From the NCBI RefSeq assembly GCF_011745625.1, contig NW_027191474.1, forward strand, positions 1 to 64,000: a DNA stretch of 64,000 nucleotides. The letters run 5' to 3'. The position numbers and the translations under genes were made by a program. This document shows, one piece after another, positions 37,846 to 47,426 of this stretch (within the stretch, counting starts at the first letter, position 1; every line of letters begins with the position of its first letter). The notes under the pieces are model-generated. The model did no database searches and was not told the origin of the DNA. It saw only the letters and a list, made by a program, of their open reading frames with translations. The stretch comes from Cladosporium halotolerans. Taxonomy: Eukaryota.

Positions 37846-38931
37846 TCAACGAGCAGTCAGCATGCCCGTATCCTCATGACAGCCAACATACTCAAGGTCC
37901 TGCTGCTCGGGCGTCAACACTAAGACCTCGTGAAACAACCTCAGCTGAAGATTGTTCTCCAACTCTTTGGCATACTGGTGGAACCTTCCAAAAATAGCGA
38001 GATGCGTCCTGTGCTTCTTGCTCCAAGCCTCGAGAGACGCGATATCGTCGAAGTAGCCCAGCCCGAACGTCTTCTCCATGCACCGGGAGGCGTCATCCGC
38101 ATCGATAACCTCCATGAACCGGTTGCTGAAGCATCCAGTCTCAGAGCCCTGATGCGTCAGGTATTCCATGCCTTTGATGAGCACTGGATGCATTGTCGTG
38201 AGGTACAACTCGCGTTCATGCGCATCCGTCCCAGACCAATCCTGGCCGGAGCGGATTATGGCCAAGTTCCGCCTGCCGGGAACTCGGATGCGCTGCGACC
38301 TTGTGTCCGTCACTTCGTCAACAGCGCTACGCTGATCATGATTGCCAACCAGAAGATCTGTCTGCGAGATAGGTAGCCGATCTCTCATGCTGCCCCAATA
38401 AACATGCTCTTGCAGCTCTCTGCTGACGCTTTCGCGCATGTGTGCAACGCCCTCGGGCACTTCGTTGTCTGAAAAGATGTTCTCAAACCTATCGATCGAG
38501 GGCGAGAAGGCTTCGCGGAACCAGCCGACGTCGCCATCAGGCTTGAGATCATCCCAGAAGGCGGCAAAACCGCTTTCAGCGAGCCAGGCTTCGTAGTCGG
38601 AAGGCGTCGCCCAGTAGGCGATGGCGGCGATGTTGTGGTAGCCTCGCTTGTCGATTACGGAGGACAGGTCCCAGTGCTTGGGAACAACATCGCCAACTTG
38701 CTGTCGCATGAAGCCAACGAGCTTCTTCTGGCAGTCCTCGAATCTAGAGTCTCGATCTTTGCTCTGGAACCCGATGACCGCTATCACTACGCCGTCGGCG
38801 CTTTTCGAAAATCTGGCGGCATAGGCAGGGAACGGCGGATGGTAGTCTGGAGGCAACCTCGACGGCAGCGTCCTCTCCGTCCTCAGGTGTTCGGGGATCG
38901 CTGGTTCGAGCACACTTTCATGCAGCGCCAT
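37846..38931 (-). CDS. oxd: Aldoxime dehydratase (heme-containing, phenylacetaldoxime dehydratase-like), 361 aa, intronless
   Basis: Oxd motifs YWGSMRDR, IRSGQDWS, HRTHLAIF (proximal His) and LRLFHEV (distal His), plus C-terminal EYVGCHEDTGML. Confidence 0.93.
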   Translation of the reverse strand: MALHESVLEPAIPEHLRTERTLPSRLPPDYHPPFPAYAARFSKSADGVVIAVIGFQSKDRDSRFEDCQKKLVGFMRQQVGDVVPKHWDLSSVIDKRGYHNIAAIAYWATPSDYEAWLAESGFAAFWDDLKPDGDVGWFREAFSPSIDRFENIFSDNEVPEGVAHMRESVSRELQEHVYWGSMRDRLPISQTDLLVGNHDQRSAVDEVTDTRSQRIRVPGRRNLAIIRSGQDWSGTDAHERELYLTTMHPVLIKGMEYLTHQGSETGCFSNRFMEVIDADDASRCMEKTFGLGYFDDIASLEAWSKKHRTHLAIFGRFHQYAKELENNLQLRLFHEVLVLTPEQQDLEYVGCHEDTGMLTAR

Positions 38932-39139
38932 CGCCACAATTCCGGCTTGTCTGAGTGCAAGGCGAATTGGACCTGCGCTCTGCCGAGGAGAAAAACCGAG
39001 CTTCAGGTTTCATGGCGCCTCCAGCAATCTGTTACGTACTTATCTTCAAGGACTTCTAACAACAATCTTTGCGCCTCCTACTGATGGTAAGGTGATATGG
39101 TGCACACGGTTGCGCCACCGAACGATGTGCAAGAAGACT

Positions 39140-39172
39140 GCGGGGCTCGACGGAGTCAGCCGCGGGGGTCGA
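39140..39172. promoter_or_regulatory. Paired 11-bp direct repeat in the oxd-nitrilase divergent promoter (candidate TF sites)
   Basis: GCGGGGCTCGA (39140-39150) and GCGGGGGTCGA (39162-39172), 22-bp period. Both contain SYGGRG (CreA-type consensus). Confidence 0.35.
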
Positions 39173-39558
39173 AGAACTCGGCAATCAAAGAGCACGAGAT
39201 CACGACGCGACGAAAAACTTTAGATAGAAGTCAGAATGCAGCATGAGAGGAGGCGGCCTTCTCATTGCGACTTCTAATGGATGAAAAGTGTCATCAGAGC
39301 GGCGACGGCGTTTCGAAACAAAGCTAGCACAATGCCGCGCTGTCGTTCCGAGCCCTTATCGCAGCGGGGTGTTGACCGATGTTGGATGCGCATCCACCAG
39401 GTAGGTTCCGGCCTGCATCTCTCGCGACCCTGGCAAGACCTCGGGGAAGAGTTAGCGGAGAATCAAATGGCTGCGAGCTGAGCTATTTAGTATGAAAGTA
39501 GCTGTGCCAGCATCGACTGCTTTGCAGCGGAACCTCACGCCATAATCAGGTTGTCGAA

Positions 39559-40725
39559 ATGGTTGCGTCTACCAACATTGTTCGCGTTGCCGTCTCTCAA
39601 CATGAGCCTGCGTGGCTCGACCTAGCTGAAGCTGTACGGAAGACGTGTGCCATCATCAAAGAGGCGTCTGAAGCTGGTGCGAAGCTTGTCGCTTTCCCGG
39701 AGTGCTGGATACCTGGTATGTCTCTTGATCGTTTACAAGTGCGCTGGGATGCTGTCCAGTGAGATACTTGGCCGAATGGAGCTAATATAATGTCACTGCA
39801 GGCTACCCGGCATGGATATGGTAACAGTTCACAGCGGTAAACTTGACAAGAATCTCGAGCTGACCATGATGAGGACTCGACCGGTTGACTTTGACCTCGG
39901 TGTCAAATACGTGCAGAACTGCCTTAGCGTCAAGAGCCCCGAGTTTGCAGCCATTCAAGCTGCCGCAGCAGAACACCAGATTGCCGTGTCTCTCGGTTTC
40001 TCGGAACGAGATGGAGAGAGCGTCTACATATCGCAAGCTCTCGTTTCTGCTGACGGCGTCCTCGCCATGAAACGCCGTAAAATGAAACCCACACACATGG
40101 AGCGGACGATTTTCGGCGATGCGACAGGCGGGGAGTGCTTGGCTGCTCCGGTAGATGTACCAGATGTCGGAAAAGTCGGCAGTCTCAGCTGCTGGGAGCA
40201 CATCCAGCCGTTACTCAAGTTCTGGACGTTCTCGCAGGGCGAGCAGATCCACGTCGCTGCTTGGCCGCCGTTAGATTCTTTCGCGAATGGCTCGCCCGGC
40301 TTCTACTCCATGAGCGATGAGGGCTGCTTGACGACGGCGAAGGTGTATGCCATCGAGAGCCAAACATTCGTCTTACACTGTGGCGCCTTGCTGACAAAGC
40401 CGGGCCTCGAGCTGATGGGTACCGTGGGAAGCCCGCTCATGGGCGCTACCGCGGTTGGCAAGTCGGCGATCTTGGGACCCGATGGTCGCTTGCTGGCGAC
40501 TACCAAAACAGGCGGAGAAGAGCTTCTCGTCGCTGATCTCGACTTGTCGCTGATCACCAAGACAAAGACTTTTGCTGATGCCTCCGGTCACTGTGAGTCT
40601 TTCCTTGTCTCAGCTTTCGCCAACCTCGTTCTGACTCGAGCCCAGATAGTAGACCCGACATGCTCTGGTTGGGCGCCGATCCCACTCAGAGACCGGTTGT
40701 TCGAACGGCAGCGGGAGGCTCTTGA
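39559..40725 (+). CDS. Nitrilase (arylacetonitrilase-like), 324 aa, 4 exons
   Basis: Exons 39559-39715, 39802-39820, 39874-40592, 40646-40725. Catalytic triad motifs [21 protein letters not shown] and LSCWEH, plus C-terminal GHYSRPD. Confidence 0.95.
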
Positions 40726-40860
40726 GAGTGTGATCGCATCAAAAAGCGTTCATGTCGTTGCGGGAACAGCAATTCAAGCTTTGAAAGTCAGCCTTGAAAA
40801 CCACCATGCTCAAGTAATTGTCAACGCAGCATTCGATGTGTTGCCCAGCCCTGGCCACAA

Positions 40861-43778
40861 CTAGAACCTCCCCGTGTTGCGCAGATTACGGTCCGCTTCT
40901 CGCCATTCTTCGAGCCAGCGTCGGCGCTTGATCGTGTCCGGATGTTCCGGCCCAAGTACATCCACAGAGACCGATAAAGTACCCTCCATCAGTAGGAGTG
41001 CGTCTTCCCTGTTGCCAAGGTCAAAGACTATGTCGGCGAGCAGCCACATTCGACGAAGAGACTCGGGGTGCTTATCACCGAGTTGCTCATTGTAACCATG
41101 TACCACCTCCAATTGGAGCTTCCGAGCTTGCAGGTGACGTTTCTGAGTCCAGTAGATTGATGCCAATTCGGATATCACGCTCAATGTCATCAAATCGTTG
41201 TCGCCAAATATCGTCCGACGGCGATCGATGACATCCATGTACAGCTCCTCAGCATCAGAAAGCCTGCGCATTCCACTGTAGACGCGAGCAAGCCTGCATG
41301 TGCTATCGACCGTCGACGGATGGCCGATTCCGTAATTGTCCTTGTGAATCTGGAGTATCTCCAACTCCAACGAGGCGGCCTTCTCAAATTGCCCGACGGA
41401 GCAATAGATATCACCGAGCGTTGACATGTAATACAACGTCTGCGGGTTGGTTGCCCCAAACATGTCTTTGATCTTTTCCACTACAAGGGCTTGCAGAGCC
41501 TCCGCCTCCTCGAAACGTTCCTGGTACGTGTATATGCTCGCAAGCGCGGTCTGTCCATCCAGGAGAAGTTGATGCGATTCGCCAACGACAGACTTGTACA
41601 TACCAACAACCTTGACTTGCAACCGCTCGGCTTCTTTCAATCGACCACTATATTGCAGTGTTCGTGCGAGATCCTGCATGCACATAAGGGTGCCGACATC
41701 TTTCTCGCCTGCTACCTCCTTCATTTTCTTGCAGACGAGTCGGGAAAATGCTTCCGACTCATTCCAGCGATTTCGTTGCCTGAGAACGCGGGCATAGTCG
41801 CTGAGAAATGCCAGAGTTATCTTGTGAGAGCGCCCAAGCCCCGTCTTACTCTTCTGATAAACCGCAAATCGCAGAGCTTCGGCCTCGGCCATGCGATTCT
41901 GATTGCTGTAGATTCTTGCCAGCCGAGATTCTCTGCTTAAGGTGACATAGTGGCTCTCTCCAAGGCTCCGCTGGGCGTTATTGATCGCGCGCACTTGCAG
42001 CAGCTCCGCTTGTTCCCACAATCCTTGCTCGAGCTTGACCACGGATAGCGTCTCCAGACAATCGGTAGCCTCGAGGCTCTCAGCGCCATGCTGTCCTTCT
42101 CGAGCCGCGAGGGAACACAGCAGCATCTCTTCAGCATCCGTAAAAAGCCCCTTGTGCCTAGCATACTCTGCGCTCCAAAAAAGCAGGGAAGCTTTCCTGA
42201 GGATGAAGTGGCGGTCTTCCGAATTCTCTTCGACCGCTCGTTTCGCGTGCGGGAAGAGCGGTTGGAATTGGAACCATTCCATGGCCCGGAACCCAGAAAA
42301 GGCTTTCTCAAGGTTTGCAACGAAGCGGAATCTCCATTTCTCGAGTTCCGCTTCGTTTTTCTCTAGCCATGTCCGTGTTGCTACCTGTACCAGTCGGTGC
42401 ATTCCAAAGCTGGAAGGTTCAGTTGTAGAGTGGATGAATGCATAGTCTCGTAGCATGCTGATGTCGTCTTCAAAATCGTCGTCGGCCGGCGAAGGAGCGT
42501 AGGGTGATGGCATATGCTTTGCAGAACTCGTGCTTGCGCCGTTTGGAGGCTCTGCCAAATAGCCGCTGACTTTTGGGACCCATTCTTCCTCCTTGCCATA
42601 CCCCCGATCTTCGAGTAGTGCTTTTGGCATTCCTTGCCTGTCAAAAAAGCTCATGAGGGATAGCAAGTCTGCAGCAGACGGCCTCAAGCTGCTAATGTGA
42701 TCAAAAGAGACTTCCCATGTTCGGATGATTGAGTTGCTAGCGTCCCTATCCCGTCGCAAATCTCCCTCATCCCGTCTTAACAGCCTGGTGCCCGATGGGT
42801 TATTTGCCTCTAATCTTCTGATGTAATCTTGAATCGAACAAAGGGGAGCACGGTGATTGATGTACGCGGCTGCCTGAACCATAGCGAGAGGCATGAAGTC
42901 AAGCGAGTTTGCCAAACGTATCAGATCCTCGCTCTGCTGAGGCTCTTCCAGCTTCTTGCTAAGCAGGGCTTCTGCAAGGTCTTCCCCCATTGGCTGTATA
43001 CCAACTACGTTCCGCCTCTCTGCAAGCTGTGTCGCTATTCCTTTGCTCCTGGAGGTGATAAGCGTGGTCCCCTGGCTACAGAATGGGAAATAGTCTATAC
43101 GTCGTTGCAGGCAGTGACTGTGGGAGCTTCCCGACTGTTCGGGAGTTGAAGGGAAGCCCAAAAGAACATCCGCATTGTCGACGTTGTCCAGAACAACGAG
43201 CCAGGGATTCTCCTTTGTATGCCGCAACCAATCTCGGAGAAGCATGAATGCGTCGACTTTCGGATCGTTGCGTCCCCGGACTTTGAGTTGGTTCAATAAG
43301 TCGCGGACGCTCTGCTCCAAGCGTGGCGCCGTACTGGCATGCAGCCATAGCACCCAAGTGTTTGGTGAGCTTTCTCTGATCCAGTAGGCGTATTGAATAG
43401 CGAGTTGCGATTTGCTGCAGACAATCAGCGCATGCAACACTTGCTGTCGTCCATGCTGATGGTTTCACCCAACGCCGCCCAAACCGACTAATGCAACACG
43501 CGCCGCCGGCGCCTTCAACTTCGTTCGGATTGCATCGAAAGCTGGGTGATGCACGTAGTCTGGGTCTTTGGTAAACGGGACCGTAGAGAACGGTTCAGGT
43601 GGAACCTCGTGCTGGTCTAGAGTCGGATAGGTGTTAGAATCATGCAAGAACGAAGTGAGCTCCGTGGCTTGTTACCAAAAGCATTATGATATTGAACATT
43701 GATGGGTCCAAAATTCTGTCCAACTTCGACGCCTAAATTGCCAGAGCCAAAGTTGATCTCAGTCCTTCCGCTGTCCAT
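40861..43778 (-). CDS. Fungal NLR (STAND): N-terminal PP-type amyloid motif + NB-ARC + TPR repeats (PNT1-like), 934 aa, 3 exons
   Basis: Exons 43778-43676, 43616-43469, 43414-40861, joined by canonical 59- and 54-nt introns. N-terminus MDSGRTEINFGSGNLGVEVGQNFGPINV. P-loop GLGGVGKSQLA spans intron 2. Walker B WLVVLDNVD, MPLAMVQAAAYI, MHRLVQ, and about 10 kinesin-light-chain-type TPRs (LGxxHxxTL pattern). Confidence 0.93.
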
Positions 43779-44148
43779 GTCGCACAAAGAAGACCCCTGC
43801 AGCCGACCCTGGCCAGATGGAATTACAAACGGAGAGTCCAGCGCTTGGAGCAGTGTAGAAATGTTGTGAATCGTCTTTGACGACTAGGCGATCCGGCTCA
43901 ATAGCACGCAGGAAGGTTGTCATTAGGGTTCCGAGTCTTAGTACTCCGCTTCCTGGTGGCGTGAGCAAAACGCAGCTGAGAATCTGGATCGTGCACGGAG
44001 TTGGTGGCTTGCAGCTTGGAGCTTGGAGGAAAGCTGACCTAAAGCTGAACGAGTGACCTGTCAGGCGAGATACAAAATAGTCGCAGTCGCCAACATTTGT
44101 TAGATCGATTCTCCGCCGCTTGCGCGATGGGATCAAGGCTCGCCCAAT
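43779..44148. promoter_or_regulatory. 370-bp putative bidirectional promoter shared by the NLR and the HeLo-like effector
   Basis: The two ATGs (43778 minus, 44149 plus) face away from each other with no room for another gene. Confidence 0.55.
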
Positions 44149-45067
44149 ATGGCAGAAACACTGGCCACAGCTGCTGCAATAGTGGGACTCATTGTGCCCA
44201 CACTTCACGGTATACGACTGCTGACAGACGATCTCAACAATGTCATCAACGCTCCTAGAGTCATCCAGAGGCTCACAGACGAGCTTCAGTCCGTGCATCT
44301 GAGCGTTGCGTGCCTAAAGGAGATCGACGAGGCGCAGTGGAAAGCCTTGGGTGAGAAAGTCGCAGAGCAATCGAAGAGAGCTCTAACGACTTGTACGAAG
44401 GCTTGCGACGAGGTGCGAGGCGACCTCCAGCGCTGGACCAGGCGCTCGAAAGATGGGCAAAGATCATGGCGAGAGCGGGCCAACGTTGGCTTCTTCAAGG
44501 AGAAGCGCATAACAGCCATGTTGGAGCAATTGCAAAGCTGCAAGATCTCTTTGAATACAGTCGCAAGTACTGCGAGCTTGTAAGTGCACGAAAAGACCAC
44601 CCTTTTTTGGATGTGGCAGCACGCTGACGGATTACAGCCATAGCTCGACCCGCAATTTCCGCAGCACTGAAGATTTGAAGGCGCAGCTCCTCGCCCGGCA
44701 GCAAGAAATGAACGAGATTGCTGTCGTCGCCGACGGACAAGCGACAAGTGTCGAACAGTCCCTCGGTGTGTTGCGCATCGCGGAGAAGCCGGAAGAGCAA
44801 CCCGGGAGCCGGGCCGAGAATCCCGAAGATCTCGAGGAGGACATTGAAGGCGCTGAAATGGCCATGGAGGACGAGCTATTGACATTGAAAGCGTTGCGCG
44901 GACTTATGGAGGAGTTGAAGGCAAGCATCGCGCTGACGAAGGTGGAAGGAAACGCTCCGCCAAAGGCCGGCTCAGTCCAGGTGAACTTCGGAGATCATAA
45001 CCATGGTGCGCAATTTGGAACTAACCATGGGCCGATTGGTGGTATCCAAATTGGCCAGAGGGGATGA
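44149..45067 (+). CDS. HeLo-like (HELL) cell-death effector with C-terminal PP amyloid motif (HELLP-like), 286 aa, 2 exons
   Basis: Intron 44580-44637 (GTAAGT...GCTGAC...CAG) joins ORFs 44149 and 44675. Hydrophobic N-helix MAETLATAAAIVGLIV and helical HeLo-like domain (NAPRVIQRLTDEL, CTKACDE, SWRERA). C-terminus VNFGDHNHGAQFGTNHGPIGGIQIGQRG. Confidence 0.9.
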
Positions 45068-45292
45068 ATTAGGATTATGGAGACGGAAATAGGGAGGAAA
45101 AGTAGGAGCTTTGATGAGTAAGATGTGCAATCATCGAACGTCTTTGCCAAGACTTTCGGGATTAAGCTTAGCGACCTTGACGAACCGTATCAAGACATCA
45201 CATTGTGCCAGAAGAGATTGTCTTTCTTGTATTGTGGAGACGAAAACCCGCCCGTTCACTCATGGTGGTCTTCCATGTCTGTACTCTTCAGT

Positions 45293-46351
45293 CTACTTCA
45301 CAACAGATGTAGGAGCAGGCGTAGCAAGCGCCACAGGTGTCATGTAGTACTGATCTTGCGTCTCCCTGCATCCGGCATTTTTCCACTCCTCTTCGAGATT
45401 CAGAATCTCCGTAGGTAAGGGAATAATGGGCGTGTAAGATCCTTGAATAGTCTTACATGCATCGTCAAATCGGCGGCACGACCTCTGCCTGTCCCAAGCG
45501 CTGGTCGGCACGGTATTGAGATCCGCGAAGTTAAAGCTGTAACTGGTACCGATCGAATAGCCGGCACTGTAGAAAGGCTCGGTGATGGGCACGATGAAGC
45601 TGGTATGGGCGGGCGGGCCACATTGGGTTCGCTGCGGGCGCCGACCGTGGAGCACGGCGGAGACGCCGTCAAAGGAGAGGTAGTTTGTTGGACTGGTGAA
45701 TGTGTAGCCGTCGATGACAGCTGTGTTGGGTTTCGGAGGACTGGTTGGCTCGGCGAAGACGGTGGAGCCATTCTGGGCGCAGAAGTCGCCAGACACCGTC
45801 GTTACGGGCCAGTAGTAGAGAGTCTTCTGGTTGCCGCCATAGATGAAGCAATAATCCGGATTGAGGCTGCAGGGAACGTATGAAGATGTTTGTGTGCAGT
45901 GTGGCTGGTCTGTCGGGCTGGGACCTTCGCCTGCAGAGTAAGTTGACAGCGCGGAAGACCACGAAGAAAGGATCGGTGTGCACGCAGTCTCGGCTATGGT
46001 GCAAGTCGGAGAGGGACCGGTGTACTCGACGGCATAGGTGGCAGTCTGTGGCGGGTCAAATGTTTCGGTGACCACATAAGTGGTGTCGGGATAGTCGCCG
46101 ATCAGTCTAGGCCTGCCGTCGCACAAAAAGGTCGTCAGCAGCGGGCTAGTCGTGATCACGTCGACGACAGTCCGGACGTAGGTGGAAGTGACCTCTGTCG
46201 TCCATGTCTGCTCACGGGTTTCCAAGAAAGTGTCGTGAGCTTGCAGAGAGGATAAGCATTCGAAGTCGTCCTCATTTGGATCCGCTGCAGGTAAAGCTGA
46301 TGTAGATAGGGCAAACGCCACAAGGTTCAAAACCGCCCTGTTGCTCAACAT
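45293..46351 (-). CDS. Secreted Cys/Thr-rich protein of unknown function, 352 aa
   Basis: Signal peptide MLSNRAVLNLVAFALSTSA, about 12 Cys, T-rich, with CFIYGG...LYYWP and FTSPTNYLSF motifs. Confidence 0.8.
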   Translation of the reverse strand: MLSNRAVLNLVAFALSTSALPAADPNEDDFECLSSLQAHDTFLETREQTWTTEVTSTYVRTVVDVITTSPLLTTFLCDGRPRLIGDYPDTTYVVTETFDPPQTATYAVEYTGPSPTCTIAETACTPILSSWSSALSTYSAGEGPSPTDQPHCTQTSSYVPCSLNPDYCFIYGGNQKTLYYWPVTTVSGDFCAQNGSTVFAEPTSPPKPNTAVIDGYTFTSPTNYLSFDGVSAVLHGRRPQRTQCGPPAHTSFIVPITEPFYSAGYSIGTSYSFNFADLNTVPTSAWDRQRSCRRFDDACKTIQGSYTPIIPLPTEILNLEEEWKNAGCRETQDQYYMTPVALATPAPTSVVK

Positions 46352-47426
46352 GATGCCAGACGTTACTTGAATATACCTGGTTGATGGACCTCCTTTCTGA
46401 AGCTTCGGTTGGGTCCTTCTTATACATACACTCTGCGACCCGTCTGATGACGGTCTAGCCCTCAGACCCGCTGAGGCGGACTCCGCAACATCAGCGTGCC
46501 TTGGAGAAATACGAACTGGCAGAATTATGTATGCAGCTGAGCCTCAATATATTGCATTACGAGCCCACACGAAACCTTTCTTTTGGGGTCTGAGCCCAAA
46601 AACGGCACGGAAGGATTTCTCGGCGGCAATGCGCCTGCCCAAAGCCGCTAGCGCTCGGTTACTCGTGAATACATTAAATACATTTCACTGCGGGTGATCC
46701 GATGGTTTGTGCATAGCGTCCTGAGAGACCATGCATGTCTTGTAACCGAGGCCATCTATGCCGAATGAAAGCGCAGGCGTGTTCCCCAAAGCGGGAAAGA
46801 GGCTCGGATCTTGGCCTTGTGGACGGTTCGTGCATTCATCCATAATAAAGCTGAAGCGTCAGCAAAAGGCTTCAGCATGCCCCAGAAGACTGGAAGTACA
46901 ATTAATCCAACCACGATGGTTGTCGACTGGATGATGGTCTTGCTCGGTGTCAGCTCCCAGCCACTTGTCCCTCTGCCGAGATCGGCGAGCCGGAAAGCGA
47001 GCAAACGCCGAGATGTGCCCATCACGACGACGGCAGTAGTCAAATGGCCAAACTGCCATGGCCCAGCACGATTCGAGCCGGAAAGCGTGGCGCATCCTAC
47101 ATTATTGACTTGCACATCTCCTCCGGCATAGTCGCTGATTTTCAAACAGTGCCAGCATGTAGCTTGAAGAAAAAGGATCCCACCGTCACTCATCCAGCCT
47201 CAGCGGCGAGAACTCTGCAGTCCGGCTCCTCATCTTCATTGGAGATTGTGCACGAACATGTACAGTTATCGTTTCAAAAAAGGCTACCCTAGGTATACAC
47301 TTCCGCCAATTCACAGCCTTTCAAACTCCAAACCCCAAAAGGAAAACCCTACCAGACGCCAAGCATTTCCTACAAAACACACTGCGTATGCCAGTCGTAA
47401 TCATTAAATCATCAAACACCAGACCC

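Noticed and set aside
40861..42200. Hypervariable, highly conserved internal repeats in the NLR TPR region (as in het-e/het-d-type NLRs)
   Set aside because: The TPR units are clearly divergent from each other; I see no near-identical DNA repeat units.
43759..44298. 179-aa Cys-rich minus-strand ORF spanning the NLR/effector intergenic region
   Set aside because: It starts at a non-ATG codon and is antisense to the effector's first exon. The NLR has its own ATG at 43778 in another frame.
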